Shown one piece after another: positions 26,727 to 37,566 of a stretch of DNA of 64,000 bases. The notes under the pieces were generated by a model. The model searched no databases. It was not told the origin of the DNA and worked only from the letters and a program-made list of their open reading frames with translations. Source of the stretch: Patescibacteria group bacterium (GTDB taxonomy: Bacteria > Patescibacteriota > Minisyncoccia > Phycocordibacterales > UBA9973); assembly GCA_038078255.1 (NCBI GenBank), contig JBBUEH010000002.1, forward strand, positions 7,534 to 71,533, written 5' to 3'. Positions within the stretch are counted from its first letter, which is position 1, and each line of letters starts with the position of its first letter. Position numbers and translations under genes: made by a program.

Positions 26727-28856
26727 TTATTTTGCAATGGCCACTGCTTCGTCGAATTTTACGGAAAGAAGTTTCGAGGCGCCGTTACTGCCCACGGTAA
26801 CACCATAAAGCACTCCGGCTCTCGACATAGTTTCTCGATTGTGGGTCACGACGATAAGCTGGGAATGTTTGGAAAGTTTCTCCAGCATATCCCCGTACTT
26901 GCGAGAATTTGCTTCATCCAGCGCCGCATCTGTTTCATCTAAGACCAAGAAAGGTGGCGGGTTAACTTGAGACATGGCAAAGAGGAGAGCGATAGAAGTA
27001 AGCGATCTCTCCCCTCCCGAAAGCGCATGGAGTTCTTTGACCTTTTTATGCGGAAGCGAAACATTTATTTCTATCCCTTGCTCGAAGACAATTTCTTCTT
27101 CATCTTTTACTTCCATTTCTTCTTCTAGCCCAGCGGGCATGTTTCTCTTTTTCTTATTTTCAACAATAATCGAAAGAGCTCCTGTCCCTCCACCAAACAT
27201 CAGCGAAAAGAATTCCTGAAACTCCACATTTATCTTTTTTATGCCATTTTTAAATTCTACGGCTATCTTCTCCTTCAAGTCTTCTATCAGCTTTTCTAAG
27301 GCTTTCATACTTCGAGACAGATCGTCCAGCTCTTTGGCTAAAAATAAATCCCGCTCTGAAACTTCTTGGAACTCTTTCATGATTTCTGTTCCACTCCCTA
27401 GACCTGCATCTTCTAATTTTATTTTTATCCGTTCAATTTTTTTCTTTTGTTCTTCTTGGGTGTTTTCTTCTATGTCTTTTATTTCATAATCTTGATAAGT
27501 TGAGACTATCTGTCCAATGAGCGCCACCCCTTCTTTGATTTCATTGAGGAATGCTTCGTTTCTGTTTCTTAGATTCTCTTCCTTGATAGTCACCAGCCCC
27601 AGAGTGGAAGATAATTCTTGCTGTTTTACTTTCCAGGTAAATTTCTCTCGTTCTAAATCACGCAGGGTTTCAATTTCTTTATTTATTTCTTGTTTTAATT
27701 TTTCAACTAATTCCTTTTTTCCTTTTTCCTCTGCTTCCACTTTTTTAATTTCAACCACAATTAGAACCTGTGAATTTTTTAATTCCACCAACTCCTTTTC
27801 TTCATTTTGTCTTTTTTCTATCTGTTCCGGTTGTATTTCTTTGATTTCGTTCCCGCAGAGCGGGCATTTGCCCGCCAATTTAACCTTATTTTCCTTGGAC
27901 TCAAGCATTCCTTCAATTCGGCCGAGCTTACGCTCTAATTCATTTTTCAAAGCATGTATTTCATTCAACTTTTTCTCAATAACTCGAAGTTCTTCTATTT
28001 CCTTATTCCCTGTTGTAGAATTCCCCTCTTCGGTGCTAGAAATTTTACTCAGAACATCTTCGAGCTCTCTGACAGTTTTTTTTCTTTCGGCCAGCAAGCT
28101 GGACTTTTCTTTTTCTAAATAAACACTTTCTTTTTTTAAATACTCTCTGTAGAGCGCCAACAATTCCATCTGCATTTCTTTGCCTTTTTCAAATTTCTCT
28201 ACTTGTTTCTTGAGGAAATTAAGATGGGGAGCATTTTCTCTGCGAAGCATTGCTACTTCTTTCATATTGAGGGTCGTTCGTTCTAACTTTCTTTCTGATT
28301 CTTTGATTTTATATTGATAAATTTTGAGCCCCAAGGCGTCTTCTACCATTTCTTTTCTATCTTTCGGACTAGCATTTAAAATTCTGTCCGCTTCGCCTTG
28401 AGAAATAATGTGGTGCCCAGAGGAACCGACATTCACCGAAGCAAGCAGATTGTGAATATCTTTCAACCTCACTTCTTCTCCATTTAAAATATATTTATTC
28501 AGCCCATCCATATGCACTTCCCGGGAGATGCTCACCGTGCTGAAATTTAAATTTACATTTTCTCCGCTCTGATTGGAAAGTTTAAAAACCTTGTCGGCAT
28601 TATTGAAATGAATTGCAACCGAAGCCCGAGACCCTTTCGGTAAATTTTTAGATCCTTTAAAAATTAAATCCGAGCCAGTCTTCCCCCGCATCGACTTCAT
28701 TGATTGCTCACCTAAAACGAAACGGAAGGCCTCCACCACATTGGATTTTCCAGAACCATTCGGACCCACAATAGAAACAACTGGATGATGAAACTCTAAA
28801 ATAGTTTTGTGAGCAAAAGATTTGAAACCGTTTAATTCTAGGGTCTTGAGTCGCAT
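26727..28856 (-). CDS. smc: SMC/Rad50-family chromosome-maintenance ATPase, short form with central CPLCG (zinc-hook-like) motif
   Basis: Walker A (GPNGSGKSN) in the N-terminal head. C-terminal LSGGERSLTSIALLFAM signature plus Walker B (LVLDETDAALD). A long coiled coil carries KCPLCG at its midpoint. Conserved rnc-smc synteny. Confidence 0.75.
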   Translation of the reverse strand: MRLKTLELNGFKSFAHKTILEFHHPVVSIVGPNGSGKSNVVEAFRFVLGEQSMKSMRGKTGSDLIFKGSKNLPKGSRASVAIHFNNADKVFKLSNQSGENVNLNFSTVSISREVHMDGLNKYILNGEEVRLKDIHNLLASVNVGSSGHHIISQGEADRILNASPKDRKEMVEDALGLKIYQYKIKESERKLERTTLNMKEVAMLRRENAPHLNFLKKQVEKFEKGKEMQMELLALYREYLKKESVYLEKEKSSLLAERKKTVRELEDVLSKISSTEEGNSTTGNKEIEELRVIEKKLNEIHALKNELERKLGRIEGMLESKENKVKLAGKCPLCGNEIKEIQPEQIEKRQNEEKELVELKNSQVLIVVEIKKVEAEEKGKKELVEKLKQEINKEIETLRDLEREKFTWKVKQQELSSTLGLVTIKEENLRNRNEAFLNEIKEGVALIGQIVSTYQDYEIKDIEENTQEEQKKKIERIKIKLEDAGLGSGTEIMKEFQEVSERDLFLAKELDDLSRSMKALEKLIEDLKEKIAVEFKNGIKKINVEFQEFFSLMFGGGTGALSIIVENKKKRNMPAGLEEEMEVKDEEEIVFEQGIEINVSLPHKKVKELHALSGGERSLTSIALLFAMSQVNPPPFLVLDETDAALDEANSRKYGDMLEKLSKHSQLIVVTHNRETMSRAGVLYGVTVGSNGASKLLSVKFDEAVAIAK

Positions 28857-28866
28857 AATGAATATT

Positions 28867-29574
28867 TTAATCCATCCAATTCTTTACTTTTAATGCGGCT
28901 TCGGCTGCTTTTTGTTCTGCTTCTTGTTTTGATTTGCCTTTGCCTTCGGCAATTAAATTCGGCCCGAAATAAATTCCCACCGTAAAATGCTTATCATGAT
29001 CCGGACCTGATTCATTCATAACTTTATAAGAGGGTGTGACATTTACAAATTCCTGAGCTTTTTCCTGCACCAGGGACTTCGCATCACGCCAAAGTTTTTT
29101 ATTCACTATTTCATCGGTTTTCGGTAAAAGGGTTTTGTGAATAAATTTATTCACCACCTCTATTCCTTGATCTAGATACAATGCTCCAATATACGCTTCG
29201 TATGTATTGGCCAAAATATATTGTCTGGCTTTGCCGTTATCTTTCGCCTCACCTCGGGACAAAAGCAAATAATCATTCATACCTATTTCGAGAGCCGCTT
29301 CAGAGATGATAATAGCGTTCACGAGAGCTGAGCGAAGCGCCGTTAGTTCACCTTCGGTATAACTCGAATATTTTTTATAAAGAAAATCCGTCACGACAAG
29401 CTCGAGCACTGCATCTCCAAGAAATTCCAGCCGTTCATTGTGCGAGAATCCAGCTGATGGATTCTCGTTAATAAAAGAACGATGAATGAAAGCTTGCTTC
29501 AGTAGATCTTTGTTCTTGAAAATTACTTTTGTTTTTTTCTCAAAATCTGAAAAATTAATTGTTTTATTTGTCAT
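28867..29574 (-). CDS. rnc: ribonuclease III
   Basis: ERLEFLGDAVLELVV signature and C-terminal dsRBD. Confidence 0.9.
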   Translation of the reverse strand: MTNKTINFSDFEKKTKVIFKNKDLLKQAFIHRSFINENPSAGFSHNERLEFLGDAVLELVVTDFLYKKYSSYTEGELTALRSALVNAIIISEAALEIGMNDYLLLSRGEAKDNGKARQYILANTYEAYIGALYLDQGIEVVNKFIHKTLLPKTDEIVNKKLWRDAKSLVQEKAQEFVNVTPSYKVMNESGPDHDKHFTVGIYFGPNLIAEGKGKSKQEAEQKAAEAALKVKNWMD

Positions 29575-29578
29575 TTTA

Positions 29579-30517
29579 TTATTTTTTGCTAATAATTTCT
29601 ATGGCCTGAGCAATAAGCGGAATAATGTCGTTATAAATACGAAGTTCCGGCACTTCGGACATCTCGAACCACCTGGCGCCGTCCAGCCCGCCAGATTTTT
29701 CCAGCAACAACTCCCTATAATCACTCGAAGCCAGAAAATACACAACTTGTTTTAAACTTTTGCCCTTGGACGGATGAGTAGCAACATATTCATTTTCGCC
29801 CAGTTTTTGTTCTATAACAATATCCAGCCCAATTTCCTCCTTGATTTCTCTTTTAGTGCCTTCTTCTATGTTCTCGCCGACTTCCACTTTACCCTTAGAC
29901 AAAGTCCAATATCCAAAAACATCATGCACAAAGGCAAATAAAATTTTGCCATCTTTTTTTGCATAAACCAACGCGCCGCCTAAATTTTCAACCGGCAATT
30001 TAGAAACATCCAGCGGCTCCTTGGACTCCTCTTCATTTTTCTTTTTACTTGTTTGTTCTTTGCCGGGCTCACCCAACTCTTTATATACTGCGCCCAAAAC
30101 TCCGTTGACAAATTTACCAGAATTTTCTCCACCGAAGGTTTTGGCTAGCTCTATCGCTTCGTTAATAGCTACTTTGGGTGGCACTTCTTTTCGGTCGCCA
30201 AAAAGAAGTTCTGTCAAACCAATTCTTAAAATATTTCTATCCACCAGAGAAATTTTATCGATGGGCCAATCCGGCGCCGCCTTCTCGATAATTTCATCAA
30301 CAATCGTTCGCTTCTTTTGTACTTCATTGATCAAAGAAAAAACAAACTGATCATCCTCCAGTCCAGTGGCGAATTCTTTTAAATTTTTATCGAGAATCTC
30401 TTTAAGCTGTCCAGTTGAGGGAAGCTCGCCTTCGCCAAGCTTCGTCGAGGCAAGCAAGAAATCCCATTCGAAAAGAGTCTGGAGCACTATTGATCTTGAA
30501 AGGTGCCTATTTGCCAT
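29579..30517 (-). CDS. fusion protein: NusB-like antitermination domain + NUDIX hydrolase domain
   Basis: N-terminal NusB fold ([14 protein letters not shown]...). C-terminal Nudix box [23 protein letters not shown]. Confidence 0.7.
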   Translation of the reverse strand: MANRHLSRSIVLQTLFEWDFLLASTKLGEGELPSTGQLKEILDKNLKEFATGLEDDQFVFSLINEVQKKRTIVDEIIEKAAPDWPIDKISLVDRNILRIGLTELLFGDRKEVPPKVAINEAIELAKTFGGENSGKFVNGVLGAVYKELGEPGKEQTSKKKNEEESKEPLDVSKLPVENLGGALVYAKKDGKILFAFVHDVFGYWTLSKGKVEVGENIEEGTKREIKEEIGLDIVIEQKLGENEYVATHPSKGKSLKQVVYFLASSDYRELLLEKSGGLDGARWFEMSEVPELRIYNDIIPLIAQAIEIISKK

Positions 30518-30539
30518 AAATTAATGAACGAGGTGAGGT

Positions 30540-30770
30540 TTATTTGCCCGCTTCCGCCTGCTTTGCTTTTGTCTTTTTCTGTTTCTTTTCTATTTTCTTC
30601 ACTAAATCTAAAACTTTTTTGCCCCGATAAAACCCACAAGATACGCACACCGTATGGCGCCTCTTCAGGGCCTGACAGTTTTCGCACTTGGCAAAACTCG
30701 TACTTTTGAGCGCATGATGCGAGCGCCTATTCTTCGTATGCGATTTTGTATGTCTCATTCGAACTACCAT
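30540..30770 (-). CDS. rpmF: 50S ribosomal protein L32
   Basis: MRHTKSHTKNRRSHHALK....CENCQALKRRHTVCVSCGFYRGKKV. Confidence 0.85.
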   Translation of the reverse strand: MVVRMRHTKSHTKNRRSHHALKSTSFAKCENCQALKRRHTVCVSCGFYRGKKVLDLVKKIEKKQKKTKAKQAEAGK

Positions 30771-30839
30771 AATATTTCCATCTTAGCACATTACTAACGA
30801 AAAGCAACAAAAAATTTTGGGAAAATAATTAAATATGTT

Positions 30840-32084
30840 ATGCTAAACGATATGGAAAACGAAAATCAGATGGATAAAAATGACCACAGGATTATTGGCA
30901 AGGAACTGGACCTATTCACCTTTTCTGAGCTAGTTGGACCCGGACTTCCTATGTGGACGCCCAAAGGCACCGTACTACGAGAAGAACTAGACAAATTTAT
31001 TTGGGAACTCCGTGCTAAATATGGATATGAAAGAGTCACCATTCCCCACATAACAAAAAAGGAATTATACGAAAAATCAGGACATTGGGATAAATTTTCC
31101 AGTGAGCTTTTCCGAATTACTTCCCGTGAAGGCAAGGAGTATGCTATGAAGCCAATGAATTGCCCGCATCACACTCAAATCTTTAATCGTAAGCCGCATT
31201 CATACAGAGAAATGCCACAAAGATATGCGGAGACAACGATGGTTTATCGGGATGAACAATCTGGCGAGCTCGGAGGGTTGACCCGTGTACTTTCTATCAC
31301 TCAAGACGACGCTCATGTGTTCTGTCGAGAGGGTCAGATCAAGGACGAATTTCTAAAAATTTGGGATATTGTTGAAAAATTTTATAATACTTTTGGATTT
31401 AGTTTAAAAGTAAGACTATCTTTCCGTAATTTAGAGGAACCAGAAAAATATCTAGGCACGCCCCTGATTTGGAATAATGCTGAAAAAATCTTGCGGACTA
31501 TTGCGGAAGAACGAGGGGCAGACTATTTCGAAGGACCAGGCGAGGCGGCGCTCTATGGACCTAAATTAGACTTCATGGCAAAAAATTCTGCTGGACGAGA
31601 ATGGCAAGTGGCAACTATCCAGCTCGATATGAATTTGCCCGAACGATTTGATCTAACCTGTATAAATGAAAAAGGGGAGAAGGAGAGAATCACAATGATT
31701 CATGCCGCCATTGCGGGCTCCTTAGAGAGATGCGCAGCAATACTCATCGAACACTTTGCTGGAGCATTCCCTCTCTGGCTCTCACCCGTGCAAGTAAAAG
31801 TTATTCCGGTACGCACCAATCACAACGAATACGCAAAAGAAGTTTTTAAATTATTGAAAGAAAACAACATCCGGGCAGAATTAGATGATGCTGATGAAAA
31901 TTTGGGTTCCAGAGTCAGAGATGCGAAAACAAATAAAATCCCCTACTGGATAGTGATCGGGGACAAAGAAATAGAAGCACAAAAAGTCACATTAGAATCC
32001 AGAGACTCTGGCAACCTCGGTCAAATGTCTAAAGAAGACCTCCTTTCAAAACTTTTAACAGAAATAAAAGAGAAGAAAAACTAG
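30840..32084 (+). CDS. thrS: threonyl-tRNA synthetase, minimal form (catalytic + anticodon-binding domains only; no TGS/editing domains)
   Basis: Starts at the equivalent of the E. coli ThrRS catalytic-domain entry (HRIIGKELDLFTF). Class II motifs MNCPHHTQIF and motif 3; C-terminal anticodon-binding domain. 414 aa. Confidence 0.8.
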   Translation: MLNDMENENQMDKNDHRIIGKELDLFTFSELVGPGLPMWTPKGTVLREELDKFIWELRAKYGYERVTIPHITKKELYEKSGHWDKFSSELFRITSREGKEYAMKPMNCPHHTQIFNRKPHSYREMPQRYAETTMVYRDEQSGELGGLTRVLSITQDDAHVFCREGQIKDEFLKIWDIVEKFYNTFGFSLKVRLSFRNLEEPEKYLGTPLIWNNAEKILRTIAEERGADYFEGPGEAALYGPKLDFMAKNSAGREWQVATIQLDMNLPERFDLTCINEKGEKERITMIHAAIAGSLERCAAILIEHFAGAFPLWLSPVQVKVIPVRTNHNEYAKEVFKLLKENNIRAELDDADENLGSRVRDAKTNKIPYWIVIGDKEIEAQKVTLESRDSGNLGQMSKEDLLSKLLTEIKEKKN

Positions 32085-32179
32085 AATCTTATTCTAGGAA
32101 ATAAAAAATCGATCAAGGTTATGACCCCATCGTAAAGAAATTCTAATGCTTTTAATAAATTTTCCCTCGCATTTATCTA

Positions 32180-32213
32180 GTTTACTACTCTCACGGCCGT
32201 GAATATAGTAAAC
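32180..32213. repeat. 34-nt nested palindromic repeat GTTTACTAC-TCT-CACGGCCGTG-AATA-TAGTAAAC (copy 1; flanks the Cas2-like gene)
   Basis: Direct-repeat partner at 32811-32844 with about 80% identity. Both have the same CACGGCCGTG core and GTTTAC/GTAAAC arms. Confidence 0.6.
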
Positions 32214-32223
32214 AAATATAACT

Positions 32224-32802
32224 TTAAAGCTTATTTATCTTTTTCAATGTTCCCATTTTACTAATTTCAAAAATTTCAATATATTCTAAAATCTTTAGTC
32301 TCTCTAAATCTAATAAAAAATCCTTTGGAATTTTTACCTTTCCCACCCAAACACTTTGATGAATCATTTTAAATCCTAAGTTTTTAATAACTTCTCTAAG
32401 CCAATCTCTTTTTCGTCGAAGTTTTTCAGGAATATCAAAACTTATGATAATTGAACTGTTTTGAGTAAATACTTTATAATGTCGATCAGGGAAATTACTT
32501 TTTAATTTATCGAACTTTCTTCTTCCATCGCTAGATATTGTAAACTTTGCGTTCTCCTTTTTTATCAGACCATCGTGTTTCATCTTAGATATAAACACGA
32601 CTAGTCGTCTTTTCCTCTCTTTAAGATTTTCTACTTGAAACTTGTTGGATTCGGAAAATCTTTGACGCTTTTGGTATTCGTATTCAATTTTGCTTCCACT
32701 GGCTCCATAGCCGGCATCTAAGACAGCACCGAAAAAATCAACTTGGGTCATTGCTCCGTCGTGAAGAAGTTCTAGGGCTTTTAATAAAATCTCTCCTTTC
32801 AT
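32224..32802 (-). CDS. hypothetical wHTH + Cas2/VapD-fold protein
   Basis: C-terminal IIISFDIPEKLRRKRDWLREVIKNLGFKMIHQSVWVGKV..LERLKILEYIEIFEI follows the Cas2 beta1-alpha1-beta2 pattern (VSYDI..RRR..V...L..YG.RVQYSVFEC). The N-terminal roughly 100 aa look like a winged helix. RBS AGGAGA precedes the ATG. Confidence 0.4.
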   Translation of the reverse strand: MKGEILLKALELLHDGAMTQVDFFGAVLDAGYGASGSKIEYEYQKRQRFSESNKFQVENLKERKRRLVVFISKMKHDGLIKKENAKFTISSDGRRKFDKLKSNFPDRHYKVFTQNSSIIISFDIPEKLRRKRDWLREVIKNLGFKMIHQSVWVGKVKIPKDFLLDLERLKILEYIEIFEISKMGTLKKINKL

Positions 32803-32810
32803 ATATTCAA

Positions 32811-32844
32811 GTTTACCATACTAACGGCCGTGAGTACAGTAAAC
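32811..32844. repeat. 34-nt palindromic repeat (copy 2) GTTTACCATACTAACGGCCGTGAGTACAGTAAAC
   Basis: See 32180-32213. Confidence 0.6.
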
Positions 32845-32866
32845 ATTAGTACAAAGTAACATACTT

Positions 32867-35286
<2,420 letters not shown>

Positions 35287-35303
<17 letters not shown>

Positions 35304-36753
35304 CTAAATTTTTTTCTATTATTTTATTTCCTTCATTGTACGCCACATGCATTTCTTCCCCATTTTTCTTAAACACTGTTCCTATTTCAAAAATTTTTAT
35401 TTCACTTAGGCCTAGAAATGAGGCATTTATTTTATTTAATTTTACACTCTCCAGCAATCCATCACTCAAATTCGTTCTCAAGAATTTTTTATCAGAAGCA
35501 CTTTGCATAACTTCTACTTCGCCCTTATCTCTAAAAGTATAAGTCATCACTTCATTGTATCCATCAGCTAATAATTTCTTCCTCACCCATTCTATTTTGG
35601 CGTAAGTTTCATTTACTTTAGGTTTAAAGTTTATTTTAGGTATATTCCCTTTTATTTTATCGTAACCCAAAATTCTTCCTATCTCTTCCGCCATATCTTC
35701 TTCTATCTCTAAATCAAGGCGCATCATCGGCACAGTTATTTTGAATACTCCTTTGTTTTCTGTATATACAAAATTATATCTTTTCAAAATATCTTCAATC
35801 TCATCACTCGACACATTCAAACCTAAAATTTTAGAAATTCTCTCTGCTGAAAAAGAAAGCTTTCGCTCTGCCTGTTTCTCTGGATAAGTATCTACAATGT
35901 CTTCAAACACTGCCTCTGGACACATCTCTAGAACTAAAGCCGAGAGTTCATGCATGGCATATGACGCAAGCTCGGGTGATAAATCATTTTCGAAACGCTT
36001 TCTGGCATCGGTAAAAATATTAAGCGCTTGACCTGTTTTTCTAGCAAACACTGGATCAAAATTATCAGCTTCCAAAATAAGGTCGGTCGTGGAAGTCGTA
36101 ATTTCTGCGTATTTGCCTCCCTTGATGCCCGTATCAAGCGGATTTCCTTCTCCGTCAGAAATAATTACCATTGTATTATTTAATTCCTTTTCTTCTCCGG
36201 TAAGTAAAGTTATTTTTTGTCCATTTTGAGCAGCGTTAATATTTAATCGAGCACCCTTTACTTTATTCAAATCAAAAGCATGAGTGGGTTGCCCACAATC
36301 AAACATCACTAAATTCGTTGCATCTACTATATTATTTATTGATCTCTGCCCAATTGATTCTAAATGTTTTACTACCCACTCTGGTGAAGGACCAATTTTT
36401 ACATTACGCACAATGCGCCCGACATGTCTGCGATCTTTTGCTGTATTTATTTCTATTTTTAATTCAGTTGGCTTGGATTCTGGAATTTTATATTTTGCCG
36501 TTGGATCAACAAAGTTAATATTCAAAAGTGAGGCAAGTTCACGAGCAATGCCTAGATGAGAAAGTAGATCATGCGCCCGATTTGGCAAAATATTTATATC
36601 AAAAATAAAATCACCACCCCCAGCCCCCTCCTCCCCAAGGAGGGGAGTTAGACTCTCAACCTCAGCAATATGATAAGTAATAATATCTGCTAGCTTCTCT
36701 GCTTCTGGAGCATCCGGTATATACCATTTAAGCCAATTGTAAGAAATTTTCAT
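35287..36753 (-). CDS. pheT: phenylalanyl-tRNA synthetase beta subunit (reduced form), C-terminal domain split off
   Basis: N-terminal MKISYNWLKWYIPDAP... and B3/4 and B5 core. Carries an in-frame family-1 element (LLGEEGAGGGD). Confidence 0.8.
36613..36650 (-). repeat. family-1 GC-rich palindromic element in frame in pheT
   Basis: CTCCTCCCCAAGGAGGGGAG hairpin. Shares AAGGAGGGGGNTGGGGGTGGT with the rnr and recG copies. Confidence 0.6.
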
Positions 36754-36828
36754 CCCAGTACTAAAATTTTAAGTTGTTAATAATATTGGTCATGTTTTAT
36801 AATCAAAAATTTAGTACGGGACAGGTAA

Positions 36829-37521
36829 TTAGAATTGATTAAGTCGCAAATCTCCTTGATAAAAAAGACGAACATCTGGAATATCCCATTTCACCATCGC
36901 AATACGATCCAGCCCCCCACCAAAAGCAAAGCCTTGTACTTTTGTAGGATCAAGGCCGACATTACGGAGAACATTCGGATGAATCACTCCTGCTCCCATC
37001 ATTTCAAGCCATTTACCTTTGAATTTAGCAAAAACTTCTATTGAGGGTTCGGTAAAAGGGAAAAAACTTGGACGAAATTCTACCTCTACTTGTTCACCTA
37101 ACATTTTTTTATAAAATTGTGTAAGCACACCTTTTAAATGAGCTAAAGAAATATTTTCTCCAATCATCCCCCCATCTATTTGAAAAAATTGCATTTCATG
37201 AGTTACATCCGTTGCCTCGTTTCGAAAGACTTTACCAATTGAAATAAAAGCAAAAGGGGTTCTGCCTTCTTTGCCTGCTTGCTCAATAGTTCGTGCAATA
37301 ACAGCCGTAGTATGTGTACGAAGCACATACTCTTTTCTATTTTTTATCCAAAAAGTGTCTTGCATATCTCGCGCTGGATGATCATCAGGGAAATTTAAGA
37401 CACCAAAATTATACCAATCACTTTCGATTTCGGGACCATCAATCGTAATCTCAAAACCCATTTCAGAAAAAGCCTGATAAGCTTCATTTGCTAAAATAGA
37501 AAGCGGATGTTCGGTGCTCAT
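36829..37521 (-). CDS. pheS: phenylalanyl-tRNA synthetase alpha subunit (catalytic core only)
   Basis: Class II motifs, FQIDGG and GAGVIHPNVL. Confidence 0.85.
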   Translation of the reverse strand: MSTEHPLSILANEAYQAFSEMGFEITIDGPEIESDWYNFGVLNFPDDHPARDMQDTFWIKNRKEYVLRTHTTAVIARTIEQAGKEGRTPFAFISIGKVFRNEATDVTHEMQFFQIDGGMIGENISLAHLKGVLTQFYKKMLGEQVEVEFRPSFFPFTEPSIEVFAKFKGKWLEMMGAGVIHPNVLRNVGLDPTKVQGFAFGGGLDRIAMVKWDIPDVRLFYQGDLRLNQF

Positions 37522-37566
37522 GTTTTTATTCTATCAAATTAACTTCCACTCTACTAATCCTCTACC

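Noticed and set aside
27517-28122. 201-aa plus-strand ORF and other antisense ORFs in smc, ligA, the helicase gene, gyrB, pilB and others
   Set aside because: They are low-complexity S/F/L-rich antisense translations of coiled-coil or AT-rich coding regions.
32180-32844. Possible CRISPR array, because of the 34-nt palindromic repeats next to a Cas2-like protein
   Set aside because: There are only two repeat copies, they are about 600 nt apart, and a complete gene lies between them. There are no spacer-sized intervals, no leader and no other cas genes. It is treated as flanking direct repeats of a cassette.
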